This document shows, piece after piece, positions 1 through 12,100 of a stretch of 64,000 nt of DNA; the stretch's first letter is position 1, and each line of letters starts with the position of its first letter. Location: contig NC_091286.1 in the NCBI RefSeq assembly GCF_032444005.1, forward strand, positions 375,286,001-375,350,000. The letters run 5' to 3'. This stretch comes from Ranitomeya imitator (lineage: Eukaryota). The notes under the pieces are model-generated. The model ran no database searches and was not told the origin of the DNA. It saw only the letters and a program-made list of their open reading frames with translations. The translations under genes and the position numbers were made by a program.

Positions 1-339
1 AGATGCCACCCTTGTCTGAACATAGTGAATCAAGTGTATTGTGCCAGCTATTGCTCAAGTAAGAGGGGGATTTTCATTGATGAAAAGTTTCACACTGGCT
101 AGCATAAAATGGTGTTGTCAAATTACACAGAATATGTAAATGTATGTCCGCAGACCACTTATCAGTCAGATTACCTGTCCAATGCAGAAAGTTCTTACAA
201 TAAGCATGTCAAAATTAGAACTACTTTCAAAGGAGCCACCGTGCTACCCTTTGTAGCTAAAACAGTTCCATTCCTCTGAGAATTCTTCCTACAAGGTATT
301 GGAGCGTCTGTGAGAATTTGAGCATTTGTTAGGTCAGAC

Positions 340-537
340 AGATTTTGGACAAGATTGCTTGGCTATCTCGCTATCTCCAATTTAGTTTATCCCAAAGGTG
401 TCCAATAATGTTTTTTTAGAACTTGCTATGTGCACTGGGCTAGTGTCATTCTGGAAGAGAAACGAGCCCTCAACCAACTATTTCCTCAATATTGGAAGCA
501 CATGATTGCCAAAATGTTTTAAGTGTTAAGATTTCTC
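340..537 (-). mobile_element. Degenerate Tc1/mariner transposase remnant
   Basis: gtcattctggaagagaaacgagccctcaaccaactatttcctcaatattggaagcac resembles the antisense of vertebrate Tc1 transposase sequence; no ORF; recognised from memory only. Confidence 0.4.
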
Positions 538-541
538 TTAA

Positions 542-700
542 AGGGACTCTGTCACCTGAATTTGGAGGGAACAATCTTCAGCCATGGAGGCGGGGTTTTC
601 GGGTGTTTGATTCACCCTTTCCTTACCCGCTGGCTGCAATATTGGATTGAAGTTCATTCTCTGTCCTCCGTAGTACACGCCTGCACAAGGCAATCTTGTG
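542..700. mobile_element. Kolobok/T2-type MITE end fragment
   Basis: TTAA (538-541) followed by AGGGACTCTGTCACC; a similar terminus (ggtgacaggttccct|ttaa) occurs at 52879-52897; right boundary approximate. Confidence 0.5.
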
Positions 701-1244
701 GGCAAGATCTATTTTTAGCCATAATAAGTCTCCTTTTGAGGCATTATGTGCAGATAAGGTCAGAATCACAATGATCTGAAAATTACATATTCTGTGATTC
801 TTATTCATCCAGACCATTCTATGCCTTCCTACCTCTCAAAATGTGAGGCTGACTTAGCTCTTTATTTTTCTGATATGTATAGATAATGGATTTATATACT
901 AGTGCATAATTCTTTCATCAGTTCACATATTCAGGAAGCTGCCAACACATTTCTAACAGAGCAACACAGGTACAGAGAGTACAGAGTACCTTCTAAATTG
1001 CATGAGTTTATGCCTGGCATTGACCCCATTAGTTGCAGAGGCTGAAAGGAGAAAGGATATTTTTACAGATATTTTGTTCCTGTCTATCCTCTTATTGGAA
1101 AAGATACAATGAATAATACATTCATTGTATGTACCTGGACCTGTTGAAGGGCTAGCGCGGCATAAAACATTTGTTGTTCTGAAAGAATACCATCCCCAGC
1201 TCCATGTTGTATAAACTGCTGTAAGAATAAAAGTTTATACAAGA

Positions 1245-2399
1245 CTAGATGGCAGCCCGATTCTAAAGAATCGGGAGTCTAGAATCCATATATACTTTAT
1301 TTATTCAAATGTAAGAATAATACAATTAATAAATAATAGTAAGAAAGAACAAAAAATGGCTGCACTCACCAGCTCTTGACAATTCTTGTTATTTAAGGTA
1401 CAGTTACACAGGATCCATGAACATGCTTATGAGTCACTGGGCCCGCCTCCACGCAGTAGAAACTTGCTGTGAGGTAAAAATTCAAAAATCACACCAAAAT
1501 GGCGGGCGGAGTGTGTCACAGTACGGCGCGTTTCTGATTGGTCGCTCGCAGCAGGCGGCAACCAATCAGACACTGGACACTGTTGACGTCACTTATCTCC
1601 GGACATTAGCTCCGGACATTAGCTCCGGACATTAGCTCCGGACATTATCTCTGCACATTAGCTCCGGACATTAGCTCCGGACATTAGCTCCGGACAAAGC
1701 CACGGAAGTTGGCACAAATTGCAGGAAGTAGTATTCTAGGCAATTAATCTCCGGACATTAGCTCCGGACATTAGCTCCGGACATTAGCTCCGGACATTAG
1801 CTCCGGACAAAGCCACGGAAGTTGGCACAAATTGCAGGAAGTAGTATTCTAGGCAATTATATATTAGACTAGATGGCAGCCCGATTCTAAAGAATCGGGA
1901 GTCTAGAATCCATATATACTTTATTTATTCAAATGTAAGAATAATACAATTAATAAATAATAGTAAGAAAGAACAAAAATAATAGGCAGTATATGGAGAA
2001 AACACCAAACAAAAGTTCAAAATTGGTGTGAAAATGTCACTGAACCACTTCACAACTAAATATATATAGTTTTGGTAAATGGTATTATCATTTTTTTGAC
2101 GAAATTCGGCAGGAGCTTGAAGAGCAACGTCACTGGGCCCGCCTCCACGCAGTAGAAACTTGCTGTGAGGTAAAAATTCAAAAATCACACCAAAATGGCG
2201 GGCGGAGTGTGTCACAGTACGGCACGTTTCTGATTGGTCGCTCGCAGCAGGCGGCAACCAATCAGACACTGGACACTGTTGACGTCACTTATCTCCGGAC
2301 ATTAGCTCCGGACATTAGCTCCGGACATTAGCTCCGGACAAAGCCACGAAAGTTGGCACAAATTGCAGGAAGTAGTATTCTAGGCAATTATATATTAGA
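1245..2399 (-). mobile_element. Non-autonomous Helitron family A, two head-to-tail units (1245-1868, 1869-2399)
   Basis: On the minus strand: A|TCTAATATAT start, 9-bp-stem hairpin CCCGATTCT-tt-AGAATCGGG 7 nt before terminal CTAG|T; inserted between A and T without TSD. Confidence 0.9.
1598..1810. repeat. 13-bp minisatellite (GCTCCGGACATTA)n inside Helitron A
   Basis: Directly visible tandem units; copy number differs among A units (also near 2293-2340, 3995-4040, 4520-4580, 5060-5092). Confidence 0.9.
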
Positions 2400-2575
2400 T
2401 ACTTATGTGAGTCAGAGTGCCACCCTTTCCTCTGCCTGAAGGTTGAGAAAATGTATTCTTCTGCTTTGGAAAAAAATGTGGCAGTCTACAATTTTCCTCT
2501 GAATCTCTAAAATCAATGAGATCCTGTATATGAAAGGTCTGTGTGGCGCTATTGCTGGCACCTTTGCATGGTGTT

Positions 2576-2867
2576 TAGTGATGAGCAAGTATACTCATTG
2601 CTGGGGGGTTTTGGGTGGTATTTGTAACTGCTTGGAGATTTAGTTTTCGTTGCCTCAGCCGCATGATTTACAGCTGATAGACAACTTGAATACATGTGGG
2701 GATTCCCTAGCAACCAGGCAACCCCCACATGTACTCAGGCTGGCTAGCAGCCATAAATAATGCAGTTGCATCAACAAAGACTAAATCTCCGAGCAGTTAC
2801 AAATACTTGGAGACCACCCTAGCGTGCTCGGGAAAACCAGAGCAACGAGTACACTCGCTCATCTCTA
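2576..2867. mobile_element. hAT-type MITE (duplicate copy at about 5329-5620)
   Basis: TIRs tagtgatgagcaagtatactcattgct / agcaacgagtacactcgctcatctcta; degenerate 8-bp TSD atggtgtt / agggggtt. Confidence 0.65.
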
Positions 2868-3040
2868 AGGGGGTTCCCTTTCCCCCCATGCAGGCATGCC
2901 AGCTTAATTACCACCATGGCCCCATTGGCATGGTTCCCTGGCATGATCTTCTACCTCCTGGTGTGAGCACCGCTGTTCCATGCTCTTAAAGGGGCAGCTC
3001 GCGAATATATTAAATGCCCTCAGTTTAAACCTGAAAGACA

Positions 3041-3956
3041 TCTATATATATAATTGTCTAAGGGTTTTTCCGTCTGTCTTTCTGTCTGTCTGTCCTTCTG
3101 TCTGTCTGTCTGTTTGTCTGTCCTGGAAATCCCGCGTCTCTGATTGGTCTGATAACTATGCCCCTTCTAGACAAGCCCAGCCCTATGACACAATGGGTCC
3201 ACAAATCAACGTGTGCCACTTTTGGGTGTAACAGTCTGATATCCTCGCTTGAAGAATCTCATGATAAATGTTATAACTTGCTATCTAAGGGTGAAGTTTC
3301 AGACTTCTCCTGAATATGGCCACACTGGGATCAGGGACTCAGGTAAAGGTCACTGGGCACACCGGGACCAGGGATTTGGATTCAGTACCATGACTGCACT
3401 GAGACCAGTGATTCAGGTTCAGGACACTGGCTGTACGGGGATGAAGTGACCTCACAACTGCACTGATAGAACACCAACTACCCAATGACTCTTTGCTTGA
3501 TGACTACCTAAAGGAGAGATAGTCTTTTATACGAGATGCCTCCCAGCTATTGTCAGGGAGTCTTCTTGCAGGTGTACATAATTATATTAAACTAGATTGT
3601 GGCCCGATTCAAACGCATCGGGTATTCTAGAATATGCATGTCCCCGTAGTATATGTGCCCGTCGCTGATTGGTCGAGGCAACCTTTATGACATCATCATC
3701 GCCATGGCAACCGTTATGACATCTACGTCGATACTGTGCCCGTCGCTGATTGGTCGAGGCCTGGCGGCCTCGACCAATCAGCGACGGGCACAGTATCGAC
3801 GTAGAAACCCGCGTCACTGATTGGTTGAGGCCGCCAGGCCTCGACCAATCAGTGACGGGCACAGTGACGATGATGTCATAAAGGACGTAGACATCCCGCG
3901 TCTGATTAGTCGAGGCCGCCAGGCCTCGACCAATCAGCGACGGGCACAGTATCGAC
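3041..3956 (+). mobile_element. Helitron family B, 3'-truncated rearranged copy
   Basis: A|TCTATATATATAATTG 5' end at 3041, TCTG microsatellite, same internal rearrangement as 5794-6824; ends in a junction with Helitron A at 3956/3957. Confidence 0.8.
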
Positions 3957-5152
3957 AACCAATCAGACACTGGACACTGTTGACGTCACTTATCTCCGGA
4001 CATTAGCTCCGGACATTAGCTCCGGACATTAGCTCCGGACAAAGCCACGGAAGTTGGCACAAATTGCAGGAAGTAGTATTCTAGGCAATTATATATTAGA
4101 TGGCAGCCCGATTCTAAAGAATCGGGAGTCTAGAATCCATATATACTTTATTTATTCAAATGTAAGAATAATACAATTAATAAATAATAGTAAGAAAGAA
4201 CAAAAATAATAGGCTGTATATGGAGAAAACACCAAGCAAAAGTTCAAAATTGGTGTGAAAATGTCACTGAACCACTTCACAACTAAATATATATAGTTTT
4301 GGTAAATGGTATTAACATTTTTTTGACGAAATTCGGCAGGAGCTTGAAGAGCAACGTCACTGGGCCCGCCTCCACGCAGTAGAAACTTGCTGTGAGGTAA
4401 AAATTCAAAAATCACACCAAAATGGCGGGCGGAGTGTGTCACAGTACGGCACGTTTCTGATTGGTCGCTCGCAGCAGGCGGCAACCAATCAGACACTGGA
4501 CACTGTTGACGTCACTTATCTCCGGACATTAGCTCCGGACATTAGCTCCGGACATTAGCTCCGGACATTAGCTCCGGACAAAGCCACGGAAGTTGGCACA
4601 AATTGCAGGAAGTAGTATTCTAGGCAATTATATATTAGATGGCAGCCCGATTCTAAAGAATCGGGAGTCTAGAATCCATATATACTTTATTTATTCAAAT
4701 GTAAGAATAATACAATTAATAGATAATAGTAAGAAAGAACAAAAATAATAGGCAGTATATGGAGAAAACACCAAACAAAAGTTCAAAATTGGTGTGAAAA
4801 TGTCACTGAACCACTTCACAACTAAATATATATAGTTTTGGTAAATGGTATTATCATTTTTTTGACGAAATTCGGCAGGAGCTTGAAGAGCAACGTCACT
4901 GGGCCCGCCTCCACGCAGTAGAAACTTGCTGTGAGGTAAAAATTCAAAAATCACACCAAAATGGCGGGCGGAGTGTGTCACAGTACGGCACGTTTCTGAT
5001 TGGTCGCTCGCAGCAGGCGGCAACCAATCAGACACTGGACACTGTTGACGTCACTTATCTCTGGACATTAGCTCCGGACATTAGCTCCGGACAAAGCCAC
5101 GGAAGTTGGCACAAATTGCAGGAAGTAGTATTCTAGGCAATTATATATTAGA
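3957..5152 (-). mobile_element. Helitron A array: one partial and two full units
   Basis: Near-identical to 1869-2399; junctions at 4097-4100 and 4636-4639; 5' TC at 5151-5152. Confidence 0.9.
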
Positions 5153-5793
5153 TACTTATGTGAGTCAGAGTGCCACCCTTTCCTCTTCCTGAAGGTTGAG
5201 AAAATGTATTCTTCTGCTTTGGAAAAAAATGTGACGGTCTACAATTTTCCTCTGAATCTCTAAAATCAATGAGATCCTGTATATGAAAGGTCTGTGTGGC
5301 GCTATTGCTGGCACCTTTGCATGGTGTTTAGTGATGAGCAAGTATACTCATTGCTGGGGGGTTTTGGGTGGTATTTGTAACTGCTTGGAGATTTAGTTTT
5401 CGTTGCCTCAGCCGCATGATTTACAGCTGATAGACAACTTGAATACATGTGGGGATTCCCTAGCAACCAGGCAACCCCCACATGTACTCAGGCTGGCTAG
5501 CAGCCATAAATAATGCAGTTGCATCAACAAAGACTAAATCTCCGAGCAGTTACAAATACTTGGAGACCACCCTAGCGTGCTCGGGAAAACCAGAGCAACG
5601 AGTACACTCGCTCATCTCTAAGGGGGTTCCCTTTCCCCCCATGCAGGCATGCCAGCTTAATTACCACCATGGCCCCATTGGCATGGTTCCCTGGCATGAT
5701 CTTCTACCTCCTGGTGTGAGCACCGCTGTTCCATGCTCTTAAAGGGGCAGCTCGCGAATATATTAAATGACCTCAGTTTAAACCTGAAAGACA

Positions 5794-6824
5794 TCTATAT
5801 ATATAATTGTCTAAGGGTTTTTCCGTCTGTCTTTCTGTCTGTCTGTCCTTCTGTCTGTCTGTCTGTTTGTCTGTCCTGGAAATCCCGCGTCTCTGATTGG
5901 TCTGATAACTATGCCCCTTCTAGACAAGCCCAGCCCTATGACACAATGGGTCCACAAATCAACGTGTGCCACTTTTGGGTGTAACAGTCTGATATCCTCG
6001 CTTGAAGAATCTCATGATAAATGTTATAACTTGCTATCTAAGGGTGAAGTTTCAGACTTCTCCTGAATATGGCCACACTGGGATCAGCGACTCAGGTAAA
6101 GGTCACTGGGCACACCGGGACCAGGGATTTGGATTCAGTACCATGACTGCACTGAGACCAGTGATTCAGGTTCAGGACACTGGCTGTACGGGGATGAAGT
6201 GACCTCACAACTGCACTGATAGAACACCAACTACCCAATGACTCTTTGCTTGATGACTACCTAAAGGAGAGATAGTCTTTTATACGAGATGCCTCCCAGC
6301 TATTGTCAGGGAGTCTTCTTGCAGGTGTACATAATTATATTAAACTAGATTGTGGCCCGATTCAAACGCATCGGGTATTCTAGAATATGCATGTCCCCGT
6401 AGTATATGTGCCCGTCGCTGATTGGTCGAGGCAACCTTTATGACATCATCATCGCCATGGCAACCGTTATGACATCTACGTCGATACTGTGCCCGTCGCT
6501 GATTGGTCGAGGCCTGGCGGCCTCGACCAATCAGCGACGGGCACAGTATCGACGTAGAAACCCGCGTCACTGATTGGTCGAGGCCGCCAGGCCTCGACCA
6601 ATCAGTGACGGGCACAGCGACGATGATGTCATAAAGGACGTAGACATCCCGCGTCTGATTGGTCGAGGCCGCCAGGGCACAGTATCGACGTAGATGTCAT
6701 AATGGTTGCCATGGCGACGATGATGTCATAAAGGTTGCTTCGACCAATCAGCGACGGGCACATATACTATGGGTACATGCATATTCTAGAATACCTGATG
6801 CGTTTGAATCGGGCCACAATCTAG
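5794..6824 (+). mobile_element. Helitron family B with internal templated insertions
   Basis: A|TC at 5793/5794; 3' hairpin cctgat-gcgtttga-atcggg followed by ccacaatCTAG|T at 6821-6825. Confidence 0.85.
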
Positions 6825-7099
6825 TTTAATATAATTATGTACACCTGCAAGAAGACTCCCTGACAATAGCTGGGAGGCATCTCGTATAAAAGACTATCTC
6901 TCCTTTAGGTAGTCCTCAAGCAAAGAGTCATTGGGTAGTTGGTGTTCTATCAGTGCAGTTGTGAGGTCACTTCATCCCCGTACAGCCAGTGTCCTGAACC
7001 TGAATCACTGGTCTCAGTGCAGTCATGGCACTGAATCCAAATCCCTGGTCCCGGTGTGCCCAGTGACCTTTACCTGATTCCCTGATCCCAGTGTGGCCA
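6070..7099. repeat. 425-bp inverted repeat (6070-6494 vs 6675-7099)
   Basis: Arms align as reverse complements with few mismatches; 180-bp spacer. Confidence 0.9.
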
Positions 7100-7256
7100 G
7101 TTCCCTGTACCTCATTACGTGATCCTAGTGTGATCCTGAATGTAGTTCCCTAGTCCTGGAATGTGGCCAGTTCTGACTCCGAAGTCTCCTGGTCTCAGTG
7201 CGGCCAATCCTTTTCCTGCAGTCCCCTGGTCCCAGTGCAGCCAGTGCCTTAACATT

Positions 7257-7625
7257 CTAGATAAACTTGGCACTCAGGCGGAAGATAAAGTTTAAATTGC
7301 TTTTAATGGCAGTGTAATAGTACAAGTGTGACATTTCGGTCAGATGGGACCTTTAGCAGAATACACACTGCTTTAGGTAAATGTAGAAGGGGACACAGTG
7401 TCCAGTAGTGTAACCTCACAAATTCATAGGTGCTGCGTATATGCTATTGCGGCATGAATGCAGTACCCACTGCTAGTTCAGGGGTGGATATACTATTGCA
7501 TTGCCATTAAAAGCAATTTAAACTTTATCTTCTGTCTGAGTGGCAAGTTTATCTAGAATAGTATTATTCTTCAGACCCTACTTGAGTACCTCAGCATAAG
7601 AGTGCAGCAATTGTACTATCTACAT
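7257..7625. mobile_element. Short PLE-like insertion with fold-back 5' end
   Basis: 7257-7322 is the reverse complement of 7491-7556; flanked by agtgcct(t/g)aacatt (7243-7256, 7626-7639). Confidence 0.55.
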
Positions 7626-9199
7626 AGTGCCTGAACATTGTCCTCTGGTCCTGCAGTGCTCAGTCCTGAGTTCGAAGTCCCCTATTCGCAATGTGGCCAG
7701 TGCCTGATTCAGTATGCTAGACCACCGTTTCTGAACATCGCCCTAATCAGTGTCAGCGAACCTGACCCCTGGAGTCAGCAGCTGCAGTACTGAGTTGAGC
7801 CTAGGAGTGGTACTGGAGCAGTACCTGGTGGCTACCTGTAACCCAGTCTGTCTCTAACATAAAGACCTCCACTGAACACCTGGTAGCTGCTTAGCTATGC
7901 CCCTTCTAGACAAGCCCAGCCCTATGACACAATGGGTTCACAAATCAACGTGTGCCACTTTTGGGTGTAACAGTCTGATATCCTTGCTTGAAGAATCTCA
8001 TGATAAATGTTATAACTTGCTATATAAGGGTGAAGTTTCAGACTTCTCCTGAATATCCTGAGACTCAGAGATCCAAGTCCTTCTACATTTGCTTCAAATT
8101 TCCTTTCGAAGGTCACAGGGAGCTGTTGGAATCTTCTTGGTGGAGGTTCGTGAGAAGCTGTTGAATCCCTCTCTGTGGTGTGAGGGTGGACTGGAGTCAC
8201 ATGGTGAACTGTTAAATTCTTCTTTGTGTTGTGGCAATGTACTGTAGGTACTTGAAGAGCTGTTGGATCCCCTTTGTGATGTGGGGGAGCATTGGAGGCA
8301 AAATGTGAGCTGTAGGATGCTTGCTAGTGTTCTGGAGTGGACTGTAGGAACATTGAAGCTTGAATATCATTGTTCTGATATGTCACAGAAATATGTTAGA
8401 GAGGTTAGATCACTGAACTACATGTTTCATTTTTTAGCAAAAGAAAGTGAGATATTATTAAAAAAAAGTATTGTTTTTACATTTTCATACACACCATAGA
8501 GTCTTTATATATTGTATTTGCTGAGACTCATGTAATGTAACTATGTAGAGCTACATAAAAATATATCCATAAGCAAATAAAATATAAAGGGCAATAGAAG
8601 AGTGTGTCATTACATATTTTAGTAAAGTTCACTAACAGCCAGTCATAACTACCTAGGAAAAGGTTTCCAAGTGCATGTCAAAGCATAATGTGTTCCATTG
8701 TTACCAATCTGAATGAAAGCTATTGTCTTCCATAGCAGGTTATAGTGCTCGATATAAAACAACTGGGAATTAAGAGATCATTTAAAAAATGTAATCTAAC
8801 AGTAACAGCAGTACTCAAAAACAAGAAATAGCCAGACAGTGTGTTCTCTTAAATTTAAGGTGTCATTTACTGTCTCCAAATAACATCTGCAAATCTTACA
8901 AAAAAAAGTTAATGCAGACAAAATAACATTTGTCATAAGTCTAGTACAGATATAAGTAAAGATATAGCAGATGGCTTAATTTTGAGCTATAAACCCCCTG
9001 CTCTATGTCCTTCATTACCCTACTTACTAGTTTCCTCTAGTATAGAAAATTTGATTCCTTATCCATAAATCTCTTAATAATGATGCACCAATGTCAAGGT
9101 TCTACTCTGGGGCTCAATATGGTGACCAATGTCTGGTGGTTGGTTTCTCTCTCTGTTGGACCACAGCTTGTATTGTCTCTGACCACAGCCTGCGTTGTC

Positions 9200-12100
9200 T
9201 GTTGTGAATTCTGTGGCTGAGTTCACTTCTGTGGTCACAAGTGGTATTGCAGTCTCTGGGCTTCCTCCCTCAGGTGTTTTGGTGAGCTCGTTGGCTGCCT
9301 TGCTATTTAGCTCCACCTGAGTCTGTCTTCCTTGCTCCTTGTCAATGTTCCAGTGTTGGATCTGAGCTACTGCATCTTTCCTTGGGCCTGCTGCTCTGCT
9401 AGATAAGTGCTTCTAGTTTGTTTTCTGTTTTTTTCTGTCCAGCTTGCTATTGTCTTTTGCTGGAAGCTCTGAGAAGCAGAGGGGTGCACCGCCGTGCTGT
9501 TAGTTCGGCACGGTGGGTCTTTTTGCCCCTTTGCGTGGTTTTCGTTTTAGGGTTTTTGTAGACTGCATAGTTCTCTTTGCTATCCTCGCTCTGTCTAGAA
9601 TATCGGGCCTCACTTTGCTGAATCTATTTCATTCCTACGTTTGTCTTTTCATCTTGCTAACAGTCATTATATGTGGGGGGCTGCCTATTCCTTTGGGGTA
9701 TTTCTCTGAGGTAAGTCAGGCTTGTATTTCTATCTTCAGGCTAGTCAGCTCCTCAGGCAGTGCCGAGTTGCATAGGTAGTTGTTAGGCGCAATCCACTGC
9801 TGCTTATAGTTGTGTGAGGATAGATCAGGTACTGCAGTCTACAGAGATTCCACGTCTCAGAGCTCGTCCTATTGTTTTTGGTTATTGCCAGATCTCTGTA
9901 TGTGCGCTGATTACTGCACGCTGTGTTGCCTGTTTGCCAGCCATAACAGTACAAGGAGCCACACCAATGATTCCCAATAGAGGGAAAAAAGAAATCCTGA
10001 CATCATTTTTTTTTCTTAGCTCTGTCTTCAGTCATTTTTTTCCCCTAGACATTAGAGTGCTTCAGGACACAGCTGTGGACATGGATATTCAGGCTCTGTG
10101 CTCCTCAATGGATAATCTCGTTGTAAATGTACAAAAGATTCAAGATACTATTGATCAGAAATCGATGCTAGAACCAAGAATTCCGATTCCTGATTTGTTT
10201 TTTGGTGACAGAACTAAGTTCCTGAGCTTCAGAAATAATTGTAAGCTATTTTTGGCCTTGAAACCTCATTCTTCTGGTAATCCTATTCAACAGGTTTTGA
10301 TTATCATTTCTTTTTTGCGCGGCGACCCACAGGACTGGGCGTTTTCTCTTGCACCAGGAGATTCTGCATTGAGTAATGTTGATGCATTTTTCCTGGCGCT
10401 CGGATTGCTTTACGATGAGCCTAATTCAGTGGATCAGGCTGAGCAAAATCTGCTGGCTTTATGCCAGGGTCAGGATGATGTAGAAGTATATTGTCAGAAA
10501 TTTAGGAAATGGTCAGTACTCACTCTGTGGAATGAATCTGCACTAGCGGCTTTGTTCAGAAAGGGTCTCTCTGAAGCTCTTAAGGATGTAATGGTGGGAT
10601 TATCTATGCCTGCTGGTTTGAATGAGTCTATGTCCTTGGCCATTCAGATCGGTCGTCGCTTGCGCGAGCGTAAATCTGTGCACCATCTGGCGGTACTGCC
10701 TGAGAGTAAACCTGAGCCTATGCAGTGCGACAGGACTATGACTAAAGTAGAACGGCAAGAACACAGACGTCTGAACAGACTGTGTTTCTATTGTGGTGAT
10801 TCTACTCATGCTATTTCTAATTGTCCTAAACGCACTAGGCGGTTCGATAGCTCTGCCGTTATTGGTACTGTACAGTCCAAATTCCTTTTGTCCATTACCT
10901 TAATGTGCTCTTTGTCATCGTATTCTGTCATGGCGTTTGTGGATTCAGGCGCTGCCCTGAATCTGATGGATTTGGATTATGCTAAACGTTGTGGATTTTT
11001 CTTGGAGCCTTTGCGGTGTCCTATTCCGTTGAGAGGAATTGATGCTACACCTTTGGCCAAGAATAAGCCTCAGTACTGGGCCCAGCTGACCATGTGCATG
11101 GCTCCTGCACATCAGGAAGTTATTCGCTTTCTGGTACTGCATAATTTGCATGATGTGGTCGTGTTGGGGTTGCCATGGCTGCAAACCCATAATCCAGTAT
11201 TGGATTGGAACTCTATGTCGGTAACCAGCTGGGGTTGTCAGGGAGTACATGGTGATGTTCCATTTTTGTCTATTTCGTCATCCATTCCTTCTGACATCCC
11301 AGAGTTCTTGTCGGACTTTCAGGATGTATTTGAAGAGTCCAAGTCTGATGCCCTACCTCCGCATAGGAATTGTGATTGTGCTATCGATTTGATTCCTGGT
11401 AGTAAATTCCCTAAGGGTCGTTTATTTAATTTGTCCGTACCTGAACACACCGCTATGCGCAGTTATGTGAAGGAATCCCTGGAGAAGGGGCATATTCGCC
11501 CATCGTCGTCACCATTGGGAGCAGGGTTCTTTTTTGTAGCCAAGAAGGATGGTTCGCTAAGACCGTGTATTGATTACCGCCTTCTTAATAAGATCACTGT
11601 TAAGTTTCAGTATCCCTTGCCATTGATTTCTGACTTGTTTGCTCGGATTAAGGGGGCTAGTTGGTTTACTAAGATTGATCTTCGTGGTGCGTATAATCTG
11701 GTGAGAATCAGGCAGGGAGATGAATGGAAAACGGCATTTAATACGCCCGAGGGTCATTTTGAGTATCTGGTGATGCCGTTCGGACTTGCCAATGCTCCAT
11801 CTGTTTTTCAGTCTTTTATGCATGACATTTTCCGTGAGTATCTGGATAAATTCTTGATTGTTTACTTGGATGACATTTTGATCTTCTCAGATGATTGGGA
11901 GTCTCATGTGAAGCAAGTCAGAATGGTTTTCCAGGTACTGCGTGCTAATTCCTTGTTCGTGAAGGGATCAAAGTGTCTCTTCGGTGTGCAGAAAGTTTCA
12001 TTTTTGGGGTTCATCTTTTCCCCTTCTACTATCGAGATGGATCCGGTTAAGGTTCAGGCCATCCAGGATTGGACTCAGCCGACATCTCTAAAAAGTCTGC

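Noticed and set aside
1598-1810. Regular short repeats superficially like a CRISPR array
   Set aside because: 13-bp units with no unique spacers, eukaryotic context, no cas genes
1925-2269. Thrice-repeated 114-aa ORF (MSDWLPPAAS...)
   Set aside because: Lies inside Helitron A copies; recurrence reflects DNA duplication and no domain is recognisable
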